Positions 51,449 through 61,211 of a stretch of 64,000 nt of DNA are shown in pieces. Every line of letters starts with the position of its first letter. Positions within the stretch are counted from its first letter, which is position 1. Position numbers and translations under genes: made by a program. Source of the stretch: Candidatus Magasanikiibacteriota bacterium (lineage in GTDB: Bacteria; Patescibacteriota; Patescibacteriia; Magasanikbacterales; UBA922); contig JABIBU010000013.1 of the NCBI GenBank assembly GCA_018652595.1, positions 93,043 through 157,042 on the forward strand, written 5' to 3'. The notes beneath the pieces are model-generated. The model was not told the DNA's origin. It searched no databases and saw nothing but the letters and a program-made list of their open reading frames with translations.

Positions 51449-52339
51449 TTAACTATTAACTGTCTTTTTGAGATATTCCTCTGAATCTTGGTCTAATTTG
51501 GGATCTATTAGACTCTGCAAGTGATCACAAATTAATCTAGCGACCTCTTCTTGATATTGTGCATATGTCTTTACCTCGACCAAACCGTCATCTACACTCT
51601 CGCAATCACCCACTTCAACCACTTCTCCGGCATCATCAAAACCCAAACCCTCTTTATACAAAAAAGGATAGCGCTCTTTAAATTTACCAGCTTCCATCCT
51701 CTCACCTGTTGTTACAAATTTTGTATCTCCTTTTGTACCAGGTAGAGGTGAAGATGTCATATCATCTGCCAAATGAACTATCATATCTTCGATACTTCTA
51801 TCTGGATTCAAAACTAACTCTCCATCTTCATCTAAGCTAATGAAATCTTCTAGACTCCCATGACCTGTTTCTTTGCCAGATGCTTCTACATAGCTCAATA
51901 AATCTTCTGAAATCCCCTGATCTTTCAATAAACTCTGCATGGTCTCGTAAGCCTCTTTATCATAAACACCCTCAGATTGATGCGAGCCTCTAGCTTTTTT
52001 TCTAAAAATTTCAAAGCGCTTATTAGCATCGTGTATTAAAGATCTTTCTGTAATATTTCTATACATTTCATCATCAATGGCCCCTGAACTCAATAATTTC
52101 TCAGCTATTTTATTTGCACAAATTCCGACGGATATACAATGTTCCCCCACATTACGAAAATCTTCAGCGTCTGGTTCATTATCTTTGTATGGATTGGGAA
52201 CTGCTTCAGTTTTATCTGGATGCACTCCGCCAACCTCCAAAACCTTGAAAGCCTGTGGAAATTCTTTTGTAAATTCTACTTTTGCCTCTGCATATCTCTG
52301 TTCCCAAGGTTTAAATTTTCCTGTGTCATGTGTGCTCAT
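51449..52339 (-). CDS. HD-domain-like hypothetical protein
   Basis: NVGEHC...LIHDANK...VHLADD pattern. Confidence 0.6.
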   Translation of the reverse strand: MSTHDTGKFKPWEQRYAEAKVEFTKEFPQAFKVLEVGGVHPDKTEAVPNPYKDNEPDAEDFRNVGEHCISVGICANKIAEKLLSSGAIDDEMYRNITERSLIHDANKRFEIFRKKARGSHQSEGVYDKEAYETMQSLLKDQGISEDLLSYVEASGKETGHGSLEDFISLDEDGELVLNPDRSIEDMIVHLADDMTSSPLPGTKGDTKFVTTGERMEAGKFKERYPFLYKEGLGFDDAGEVVEVGDCESVDDGLVEVKTYAQYQEEVARLICDHLQSLIDPKLDQDSEEYLKKTVNS

Positions 52340-52367
52340 ATTATAAAATACTATATTTTATTAATTT

Positions 52368-53420
52368 TTATACTAAATAATCCTTTGATACGAGACCCAT
52401 CTCTTCAAACTCAGCCTCTACCATTAATTTTACAAGCTCTTCAAATTTTACTTTCGGCTCCCAACCCAAAGTGTTTTTTGCCTTAGTAGCATCGCCAAGC
52501 AGTTTCTCAACTTCTGCTGGACGAAAATACTTCTCATCAATTTCGATCAGAACCTTCCCAGTCTTTAGATCTACACCTTTTTCATCTACACCACTCCCCT
52601 TCCATTCTATCTCATATCCAAGAAGTCGTGCACTGTGTTCTACAAACTCACGAACAGTATGTGTCTCACCAGTAGCCACAACATAGTCATCTGGCTTTTC
52701 TTGCTGGAGCATTAGCCACATGGCCTCTACATAATCTTTTGCATAGCCCCAATCACGCTTGGCATCTAGATTTCCCAAATATAATTTATCTTGCTTTCCT
52801 AGTTTAATCTTGGCAAATGCATTGGTAATTTTTTTTGTTACAAAGGTACCACCACGACGAGGAGATTCATGATTGAATAATAATCCATTGCAAATAAACA
52901 TGTCATAACTCTCGCGATAGTTTATACAGATATTATGCGCAAAAACTTTGGCGCAAGCATACGGACTACGCGGATAAAATGGTGTAGTCTCTTTTTGTGG
53001 AGTCTCAAAGACCTTACCAAACATCTCAGAAGATCCTGCCTGATAAAATTTTACATCAACACCTTTATCTTTTATTGCATCTATTAGCCTAAGAGTACCA
53101 AGGCCATCAGCATTACAAGTATACTCAGGTATTTCAAAACTTACTTTCACATGGCTCTGGGCACCAAGATTATAAATCTCATCTGGTTTTATTTTATCCA
53201 AAACACGACTGATATTACTAGAATCTGTAAGATCTCCGTAATGCAAAAACATTTTTACATTTTTTTCATGTGGATCTCTATATATATGATCAATTCTATC
53301 AGTATTAAAGCTACTAGAGCGACGAATAATACCGTGAACCTCATACCCCTTTTTTAATAAAAATTCTGCCAAATAAGAACCATCTTGACCAGTAATACCC
53401 GTAATTAGTGCTTTCTTCAT
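52368..53420 (-). CDS. gmd: GDP-mannose 4,6-dehydratase
   Basis: [43 protein letters not shown]. Confidence 0.97.
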   Translation of the reverse strand: MKKALITGITGQDGSYLAEFLLKKGYEVHGIIRRSSSFNTDRIDHIYRDPHEKNVKMFLHYGDLTDSSNISRVLDKIKPDEIYNLGAQSHVKVSFEIPEYTCNADGLGTLRLIDAIKDKGVDVKFYQAGSSEMFGKVFETPQKETTPFYPRSPYACAKVFAHNICINYRESYDMFICNGLLFNHESPRRGGTFVTKKITNAFAKIKLGKQDKLYLGNLDAKRDWGYAKDYVEAMWLMLQQEKPDDYVVATGETHTVREFVEHSARLLGYEIEWKGSGVDEKGVDLKTGKVLIEIDEKYFRPAEVEKLLGDATKAKNTLGWEPKVKFEELVKLMVEAEFEEMGLVSKDYLV

Positions 53421-53436
53421 AAAAACATATTAAATA

Positions 53437-55461
53437 TTATTCACTCTGCAAAATAGAATCCACTACACCACTGCCCTTTGCATCAAAAACAATACCATCG
53501 TCCATTGCCTCTTGTAAAATTTCTTTTGCCTTTTCAACGTCTCCCATCTGCTTATAAAGCAAAGCCATTCTCCACCAACCCTCACCAATTCGCGGGTCAT
53601 TGTCAATACTGTCTTGTAATATTTTAACAGCCTCATCATTTTTATTTAGTTGGGACTTTAGTGATGCCAATGTATATTGAAGCTGTTGGCGTTTTGGTGA
53701 AAGAACCAAAGCATCTTCCAAATACTGCTCTGCCTCAAACAAAAGATCTGGGCTCTGCTCTAGTTGGGCTCCTAGCGTGTTGATAAATGCTAATTCAATA
53801 TTAATTCTAATATCCATTGGATGTAATTCTAAGTTTTTTTGCAACTCAGAATGCATCAACTCAAACAATCTAAAAGCCTCTAACCCCTTATTATTTTGGG
53901 ATAGTTTGGGAATTATATTGCCTGATATACGAGCAACATCTTTTCTAATGTCATCTATGTGTGGTGAGGGTGTGCTAGTAGCATGATTATATACTTCTGA
54001 TATATCTTGCCCTGTGTTTAGTACCCTTATGACATTGAGGGCTGCTATGTTTGCTCTAGCTGGGTTTATATTTGTAGAAAACACCATCAACAAAACTACC
54101 AGGCTCACAATAGTAGTCAGACCAACAGAAATATTTTTAGATGTCTTTTTCTCTGCACGTACATCCAAATTATTTGTATGTCTCGATATTAGTGCCAAAA
54201 AGAAAAAGAAATACAAATACGAAGTTGGGTTATCAAAAACAGTAACCAGACTTACCAGGTGTGCGATTAAAAACGCAGAGCCAACAGCAACAATATGTGG
54301 ATCTAAATTATCTTTTTTACGACTTCTCCATAGCATAATAAAAGCTACGACGAAAACCCCAAGATAAGTCACAATACCAACTCCACCCTGCACAGCTAGT
54401 GTATTCATTACTACACTATGAGCGTTATCAAACCAAGTTTCACCCCATCCGTGTTCCAAAAATTCTGCCCTATAGTACTTATTAAAGGCGTAATAATAAT
54501 TATTGGGCCCCCAACCAAATACTGGTCTTTCTTTCCAAGCATCCACAGCAATACCCCAAGCCATAATACGAGTGTTGGCTGTACCACCAGAGATCTGTGT
54601 ATTTACCAAACGACCAACTGCTGGAATATTTTTTACAAAATCAGTCTGTCTAAAATTGAATAGCAGGGCTAAAACAATAACACCTAGAATTATCAAAATA
54701 CCCAATCCTTGTCTAATTTTTTTGTGCTCTCTAAGGCTAATAATATATGAAACTGCCAAAACACCCAATCCTGCAACTAGCCCCAAAAAAGCACCACGAG
54801 TACCACCACCAAAAATACCCCAAAAACCAAGCAAGCCACCTACCACAGCATACCAAAACCATAGATTGGTCTTTTTTATTTTTTCTTTTATGGCCAATAA
54901 ATAACCAACAAACAACAAGAATAAACCATAACCACTAAAATATATTGCATTGCCCAATGTAGAAGATACACGAGATACCTTGCCCTGATTCACAACCAAA
55001 TCATGATTGACATATGTCTGCAAAAAACCTATAAACATCACGATTCCACCAGCAAACAAAAAGGCCCGAAGTAGCCATTTCCAGTCTTCCCACTCTCGAA
55101 CTACAGATGTAGCAATAAAATAATAAACTACATAATGAAAAATAGTAAAAAGCCCCAACATCCTCTCATGATTATCCCAAAGACTGTGATACCAATCCAC
55201 ACCAGCAAAAGTAGAAATAGCAAAACTAATAAAAAATAGACCTACCACAGTATTTATAGGCGTTAGTCTAATCCTATACCTAGCCCAATTACTAGCCAAA
55301 AGCAAAATATACGCCCCAAGCATGAGCATTACAAAGCTCCTAAACCAGACAATCTTCGGTACTATAAAAGGAAAAATGTAACTATCTGGTATAACAATCA
55401 AAGGCACGAAAAAGGTTGCGCAGATCAATATTTTAATTATGTATTCTAATTTTTTTTGCAT
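53437..55461 (-). CDS. O-antigen ligase / O-oligosaccharyltransferase (Wzy_C) family protein with C-terminal TPR-like helices
   Basis: STLGNA, TRGA, R..AW..A, PVFGWGP, FDNAHS..LAVQG; helical C-terminal repeats. Confidence 0.88.
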   Translation of the reverse strand: MQKKLEYIIKILICATFFVPLIVIPDSYIFPFIVPKIVWFRSFVMLMLGAYILLLASNWARYRIRLTPINTVVGLFFISFAISTFAGVDWYHSLWDNHERMLGLFTIFHYVVYYFIATSVVREWEDWKWLLRAFLFAGGIVMFIGFLQTYVNHDLVVNQGKVSRVSSTLGNAIYFSGYGLFLLFVGYLLAIKEKIKKTNLWFWYAVVGGLLGFWGIFGGGTRGAFLGLVAGLGVLAVSYIISLREHKKIRQGLGILIILGVIVLALLFNFRQTDFVKNIPAVGRLVNTQISGGTANTRIMAWGIAVDAWKERPVFGWGPNNYYYAFNKYYRAEFLEHGWGETWFDNAHSVVMNTLAVQGGVGIVTYLGVFVVAFIMLWRSRKKDNLDPHIVAVGSAFLIAHLVSLVTVFDNPTSYLYFFFFLALISRHTNNLDVRAEKKTSKNISVGLTTIVSLVVLLMVFSTNINPARANIAALNVIRVLNTGQDISEVYNHATSTPSPHIDDIRKDVARISGNIIPKLSQNNKGLEAFRLFELMHSELQKNLELHPMDIRINIELAFINTLGAQLEQSPDLLFEAEQYLEDALVLSPKRQQLQYTLASLKSQLNKNDEAVKILQDSIDNDPRIGEGWWRMALLYKQMGDVEKAKEILQEAMDDGIVFDAKGSGVVDSILQSE

Positions 55462-55526
55462 ACTAAAAAGCCTAAAATGCCTTAAAAGCTGAAAAAGCTG
55501 AGAAGGCTTATAAAAATAATATACTA

Positions 55527-55555
55527 ATTATAGCCTTTTTAAAAATTTTTGGCAA
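55527..55555 (-). promoter_or_regulatory. sigma70 promoter for ligase-gmd-fcl unit
   Basis: TTGCCA-17 bp-TATAAT. Confidence 0.75.
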
Positions 55556-55573
55556 TAGTACGCAAGACAAACC

Positions 55574-55604
55574 AAAACCCCCCCGACTAGGTCGGGAGGG
55601 TTTT
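55574..55604 (-). terminator. terminator after S-layer-like gene
   Basis: AAAACCC-CCCCGAC-tag-GTCGGGAGGGTTTT imperfect hairpin. Confidence 0.8.
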
Positions 55605-55654
55605 GTATTCTGAGTATAAAATTTATACTAGAAAATTAGAACACTAAACAACTA

Positions 55655-58600
55655 TTAGTTGTTTGTTGGGGCTGATATCTTTGTACCGCCAATACTTGTA
55701 GTATCTAGTAATAGATAATCGAAGTTACTAGCTGTAGCATAAACAGTATCATAACCATCAAACCAATCAATATTGTTGTTTGCATCAGCAGCTCCACCCT
55801 TTAGATCATCCAATCCAACCTGAATCCAGTTGGTAATATTTGATGTTGGGCTTAAGCTGTTAATGTTAGCGTTTAGAGCAAAGTAAGCTGTTGTTCCGGC
55901 ATCGATGAAAGCGTCGTTTCCAAGAGTGGATGTAACGCTAGTCATTGTCCAGTCACCAGCAATATCTGCTGTAGTTGCGCCAGTACTACTTCCTGTTACA
56001 GTCAAATTAACTGCACCATTTGCACCACCAATTCTCTCGATAGTAGCACCACTAATAGAAGTAGATGCAAACTTTGTCATATCGAACAAGAAATTGTCAA
56101 TACCTAATTTTAGAGCATTGCCATTGGCGTCAGTATTACTACCAGCTTCAACAGTAATGGCCACGATACCTACAGTAGTACTACCAGTACCTGCAATAGT
56201 TGAGGCAACTGTCTTACCACCATAAGAACTAACTAATTCTACATTGCTGATCTTTGTACCAGATATATAGAAAATAGTTGTACTTGCTGTACCGGTAAGA
56301 TCGGCTTCTTCACCAAAAGTACCATTGACATCAAGATCGAATACTATATCACCTGCGGCAATAGCGGCAGCAGAGCTAGAATAATAAGCTAACTCATCAC
56401 CAGATTCTACACCTTGAGCAGTCAAATGACCACTAGAAGTAACAATTCCAAACTGTACTAGGTCTTGTGAGTCTGCAGTAGCAGCACCAGCATTACCCAT
56501 TTCGTTTGTGGCCACATAGATATACCAATCATGTGTACCCATTGTCACTGTTTCATTGATATTATCAAAGAAAGCAAGCTGACTATTAACAGTAGTACAA
56601 CCAATTAGGTTTTCAGCAACAGCAGACATAGCAGAATACAGACATACTGATTCTACTGAGTCTTCGTCACCTGCGCTACTATTTGTCAACTTAAGATCTT
56701 TTACCATGATATCCTCAAAATCAGCTCTCATACGCAATTTACCAACCCAAGCATCTGAACCTGCCATCAACACTCTATCTTTGTCGAAGCTAGTATCAGC
56801 ATTACGCATTTGAACATATAGAATACCCTTTGAATTCAATGTTAGAATACGAGTAGTATCCAACTCATTACCAGCACTATCAAGAGCTGTGCCAGCTGAA
56901 TTGACAACACTAGCATCGTCATTATCTACATCTTTTGCTGTCAAACCGTCCATACGGATATGAACTATATTGGCAGTAGTACTTACAGTACTAGCGACGC
57001 TACCTTTCACAACAAAGGTGGCTTTGTCACCAGATGCGACAGTAAAGTCTAGGGTGTCAAAATCCAAATCATCAGCAGTCATTCCTGAGTTAGTGATGTT
57101 TTGTTGTAATTCATATTCACCAGCATCGCTAACCAAGTAAAAGCCCATATCAGACCAATTTGTAATAGCAAATAAATTGGTAGTAGTAGCTTCGAATTGT
57201 GCGCGTTCTATTCTAACATCACCAGCAGTAGCATCCATTGTACCTTGGAATAAGATTACGCTACTATCATTTACTACTGCATTACCAGTATTCATTGGAG
57301 TAGCTTTTACAGTCAAAGTAGGTTTTCTTACAGTAATCAACTTACCAGTAACAGTACCTACAGAGAAATTGCTAACAGAGTCTCCTGCAGGAACAGTCTC
57401 AGCTGTAATATTTGCAGTATTGACGCTTAGCTTGTAGCTATCATCTTCACCAGCAGTAGTACTAGCTGGGATATCACCACGAACAAGCAAAGTGATTGAT
57501 TCGCCGGCTGAAAGATAAATTTCATCAGTATAAACCCAATCTTCAGTTACAGCGTCAGTATCTACTCCGCTAGCAGTAGTACCAGAATAAGCAGCGCCAG
57601 AAACAACGTCTACCAATTCTAGATCGTCTACAGCTATTACAAAAGTACCAGTATCGGCACCGTCTGTTTCGTCAACATCTACTTGAATAGATGTAATCTT
57701 GATATCTGTAGAACCAGAGCTAAGTGTAAGACGACCGAATTCTACATCAGTAGAATCATCAGCAGTTTCTAGAGCAACACTAGTTAGACCTACATTAAGC
57801 TCTGCACCAGCGATGGTAATAATATTACCTTCAGTGGCTGCATCATAGTTATCATCTGTAACAGTAAGTCTTGTGTTGTATGTATCACCAATTACATTCA
57901 AATCAGTTGTTGAGTCCAACACAAATTCAACTGTATTGGCAGCACCATTCACAATATCACCTTTTACAGTGAAAGTTTCATTCTTACTCTTAGAAATTGG
58001 AAATGCTTCATCCAAAACAAAAGTAATCTTGTCACTTACCATTGAAACAGGACCAGCCAATAAATCAGCGCCTTGATAAAGATAGATATTAGCTAAATTA
58101 TCATCAGCAGCGTTATTAGTCGCAGCCTTATTCTTCAATGTAATAGCGTTAAACATTGAATTTTCTACTGAATTTACAGCCAATTTGAACTTTGTCAAAG
58201 CGACATCAGTAGTACCAATATTCTTGCTTCCAGTAGTACCAACACCTGTAATAGTAACTCCACCAGTAGTTACAGAGACACCTGTCATCTGATTACCATA
58301 TAGAGGAGTACCACCTACATCACCGTCGTTTCCTAGACCCAAGTCTAGAATACCAATGGAGTTATAAGTTCCAGCTGTAAGTAAGTTAACAACGACAGTC
58401 AATTCCTTTGAAGTACCTGCTGTGATTGTCCAACCACCAGAGATATTATAAGTCATATAACCATCTGAGTGCCATGATGTTCTAGTACTACCAAGTTTTG
58501 TAGCACCATCATACAATGTAACAGATGTAAAGTCACCAGTAGCACCAAGACCGGTACGACCAATCTTTACAGAATTAACTACAGCATCATTGTCGTCACT

Positions 58601-59455
58601 AGCACGTAATATAGCCTTTAAGAAGACTACATTGTCAGTAGCTACAACAACATTACCTGCGTCAGGTGTGTTGGCTGATAGACTTACAGTCACATCACCA
58701 CCAACAACAGCTGGAGTTTCTGTATCATCATCAGCATCATCCCCTGCACTAGCAGTAATCTGACCTGGATCCTCTACTAGAGAGCCGGTAGTAACAGTTT
58801 CAGCACCCATTTCTAAGCTATCAAACGCAGCTTGAGAAACAGTATACAATACACCATTATAATCGCCATCTACCTCGTATGTCATGCCGTCTACAACAGA
58901 GTATACTTTTTCACCATCAACGGTGACAACCATACCATTTTGTAAAGTAACGTCAAGTGTTTCGGCTCCAGTAGTATAGTTAGCCCAATGAAAAGCGTGC
59001 ACATCTCTTACCATTGAAGCCCAAGCATCTCCGAAAAGACCTTTTGCAACTGCCTCGCTAGTAATTTTTGTACGCATATTACCTGGAAGAACAGCAAAGA
59101 CAGATGGACCGTCAATACGTTTTACTAGGTAAGAACCAGGGCGATAGTTTACGCCAGCTGGATCACCTTGTGGATATAACTCATTACAGGCAGCTGAAAT
59201 TTCTTCAACACCTGAATAATCTACAAACCAAGTTTTGTATACTTCCGCATTTGGGAAGTACATACTTTCCATATCTGCATTCAAGATGTACACAGCTGTA
59301 CCAGCACTTGTTTTGTACAAGTCACCAGCTTCTAGCTCTGGACATGCATCTTCTGCTACAGCAACCATAGGAACCAAGGCAGCAAGGCCAACGCTCCATA
59401 CAATTGTCATAGCGACAACAGACACGGTAAAGAATTTTTTTGCAATTTTTACCAT
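55655..59455 (-). CDS. large secreted acidic Thr/Ala/Val-rich S-layer-like surface protein
   Basis: Signal peptide, repeated beta-strand-rich units, own terminator, long structured upstream region. Confidence 0.7.
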   Translation of the reverse strand: MVKIAKKFFTVSVVAMTIVWSVGLAALVPMVAVAEDACPELEAGDLYKTSAGTAVYILNADMESMYFPNAEVYKTWFVDYSGVEEISAACNELYPQGDPAGVNYRPGSYLVKRIDGPSVFAVLPGNMRTKITSEAVAKGLFGDAWASMVRDVHAFHWANYTTGAETLDVTLQNGMVVTVDGEKVYSVVDGMTYEVDGDYNGVLYTVSQAAFDSLEMGAETVTTGSLVEDPGQITASAGDDADDDTETPAVVGGDVTVSLSANTPDAGNVVVATDNVVFLKAILRASDDNDAVVNSVKIGRTGLGATGDFTSVTLYDGATKLGSTRTSWHSDGYMTYNISGGWTITAGTSKELTVVVNLLTAGTYNSIGILDLGLGNDGDVGGTPLYGNQMTGVSVTTGGVTITGVGTTGSKNIGTTDVALTKFKLAVNSVENSMFNAITLKNKAATNNAADDNLANIYLYQGADLLAGPVSMVSDKITFVLDEAFPISKSKNETFTVKGDIVNGAANTVEFVLDSTTDLNVIGDTYNTRLTVTDDNYDAATEGNIITIAGAELNVGLTSVALETADDSTDVEFGRLTLSSGSTDIKITSIQVDVDETDGADTGTFVIAVDDLELVDVVSGAAYSGTTASGVDTDAVTEDWVYTDEIYLSAGESITLLVRGDIPASTTAGEDDSYKLSVNTANITAETVPAGDSVSNFSVGTVTGKLITVRKPTLTVKATPMNTGNAVVNDSSVILFQGTMDATAGDVRIERAQFEATTTNLFAITNWSDMGFYLVSDAGEYELQQNITNSGMTADDLDFDTLDFTVASGDKATFVVKGSVASTVSTTANIVHIRMDGLTAKDVDNDDASVVNSAGTALDSAGNELDTTRILTLNSKGILYVQMRNADTSFDKDRVLMAGSDAWVGKLRMRADFEDIMVKDLKLTNSSAGDEDSVESVCLYSAMSAVAENLIGCTTVNSQLAFFDNINETVTMGTHDWYIYVATNEMGNAGAATADSQDLVQFGIVTSSGHLTAQGVESGDELAYYSSSAAAIAAGDIVFDLDVNGTFGEEADLTGTASTTIFYISGTKISNVELVSSYGGKTVASTIAGTGSTTVGIVAITVEAGSNTDANGNALKLGIDNFLFDMTKFASTSISGATIERIGGANGAVNLTVTGSSTGATTADIAGDWTMTSVTSTLGNDAFIDAGTTAYFALNANINSLSPTSNITNWIQVGLDDLKGGAADANNNIDWFDGYDTVYATASNFDYLLLDTTSIGGTKISAPTNN

Positions 59456-59760
59456 ATTAATAGATATCCTAACTTATTTTAGGGCGCGATCCACTTTAAA
59501 GTAGACGTCTCCAAAATAAGCGAGTTTGTCGTTCTCCTAATCGAAGTAACGACTATTACATCCGACGACCGTCAGGCCTCAACCTTTGGTCAGATGGTTC
59601 TCCCCTTTCGCTGAAGCTACAGGGGATAAATCCCCCTTTCTTTTGCTAATTAGCAAAATTAGGGAGAAAAGATGCCTCCCCTCGACGTAACGTCGAGGTT
59701 ACTGTATGGCACGGGTCCTTCTAGCCAAACAAGTGCTACAAGGACCTAGCCGTACAGTAT
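59456..59760 (-). promoter_or_regulatory. multi-hairpin structured leader of the S-layer-like gene
   Basis: Stems at about 59473-59520, 59528-59553, 59600-59626, 59641-59656, 59680-59698 and 59700-59759. Confidence 0.6.
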
Positions 59761-59790
59761 TTTAAAGGGCGATTAATAAACTCTTCTTTT

Positions 59791-61203
59791 TTATTCAATA
59801 TTATTCTCTACCCAGCCCGAGACTGCCTGCCCACCAGATTGGAGGGGCCCGCCTTGGGTGGAAAAAACCTCTTCTACAATATCTGTACTAGTAGAATTTT
59901 CTACATTGGAATCAGCATTATGATCTACAACTTCTTCCTGCTCTACATCTAAAACATTCTCAACATCTATATCGCCCACAACATCTACAACACCTTCTTC
60001 TAATAAAATCTTTGTCTCTTTTGAGATTTCATCTATAGCTTTTTTTACTTCGTTTACTTCTTGTCCTGTTTGCTCTGTAGTATCTGACGCTTGTCTTACT
60101 CTTTCTAGAGCTTCTGATATTTGATTATTATCAACCAAATCCCTCATTTCTTCTAAGTCTTTTACAACCTCTTCTGTGTCATCAGTCTTTTTTACAACAC
60201 TGTCTACTGCAGTCTCTACATCTGCCAATTGAACACTACTAGTGGAAACAATATTTTCGACAACTGGTGCGGTACTAGTTGGCATACTAGTCTCGTCAAT
60301 CTCATCTTCTTTTTTTTCTTCCAGCTCATCCAATACGACCTTCATTTCTTCCAAATCTTTTACTACCCCATCTGTCTCCGTCTTTAGATCTCCCACATCC
60401 TCCAAAATACTATCTATCTGATCCTTTATTAAACCTTGCAAATCCTCGTCTGAAACTTCTACACCCTCTCCCTTTACCTGAACCACAGCTTCTACTGCCG
60501 AAATATTGGCCTCATTTACTTTTTTCTTTGTAGCAGACATATCTAGACCCTCTTCAGACGATTTTTCAGCATCTCTCAAATCATCCTTTATTTCCTTGGT
60601 CTTTTCTGCTACCACCTTACTAGCTTCTACTACTTTTTCTGGTTGATTTTCTGTGACTTTTTTCAACTTATCATTAGCAGAATCAATTGACTTTTCTAGG
60701 TGCTCTATAGCTATGCCTACATTTTTAGAAGTTTCTTCTTTGGATATTTCTTCGTCTTTTTTTTCTACTATTTTTTTCACTTCTTTTGCGCGACGAGTGG
60801 CAAATTCTAGATGTAACTCTGCTTCTTTTTGGTCCGAAGAAGTCATAGATGCTACAATTTGTTGTGTTTTTTCGGTAGCCATCTTTACTCCATAGCCTAT
60901 ATCTCCTGGCAAGGAATTGGCCGTAGCTCCCACACTAGCTATCCATCCACTAGTTGCGACTGCTCCGATGAGCAAGAACACAAGCACTGGACGAACAACT
61001 GAATAAACCATCTGACCCGGCACAATGACATTAATCATGTCCCAAATATATGTAAAAGAAAATGTATTTTTTTCATTAGTAGTGCTATTGCCAATTTGGC
61101 ACATCATCTTTTCTTTGTTTTCCAAAACCCAAGAACGATCGGGGTTAATCCGACTGTTAGTATTTTTTAGTTTCTTCAATTGTTCTTTGGTGTTGTGGTA
61201 CAT
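59791..61203 (-). CDS. DUF5667-like membrane-anchored protein, probable anti-sigma factor
   Basis: Single TM, then SLPGDIGYGVKMATEK and RRAKE; directly after the ECF sigma; acidic coiled-coil tail. Confidence 0.72.
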   Translation of the reverse strand: MYHNTKEQLKKLKNTNSRINPDRSWVLENKEKMMCQIGNSTTNEKNTFSFTYIWDMINVIVPGQMVYSVVRPVLVFLLIGAVATSGWIASVGATANSLPGDIGYGVKMATEKTQQIVASMTSSDQKEAELHLEFATRRAKEVKKIVEKKDEEISKEETSKNVGIAIEHLEKSIDSANDKLKKVTENQPEKVVEASKVVAEKTKEIKDDLRDAEKSSEEGLDMSATKKKVNEANISAVEAVVQVKGEGVEVSDEDLQGLIKDQIDSILEDVGDLKTETDGVVKDLEEMKVVLDELEEKKEDEIDETSMPTSTAPVVENIVSTSSVQLADVETAVDSVVKKTDDTEEVVKDLEEMRDLVDNNQISEALERVRQASDTTEQTGQEVNEVKKAIDEISKETKILLEEGVVDVVGDIDVENVLDVEQEEVVDHNADSNVENSTSTDIVEEVFSTQGGPLQSGGQAVSGWVENNIE

Positions 61204-61211
61204 AACTATGA

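Noticed and set aside
55905-58076. Plus-strand ORFs antisense to the S-layer-like gene, and similar short shadow ORFs throughout
   Set aside because: Explained by codon bias of the real genes; no RBS or recognisable motifs
59456-59790. tmRNA, RNase P RNA or a known riboswitch
   Set aside because: No tRNA-like ends, GAGGAAAGUCC or riboswitch core recognised; kept only as an unknown structured leader
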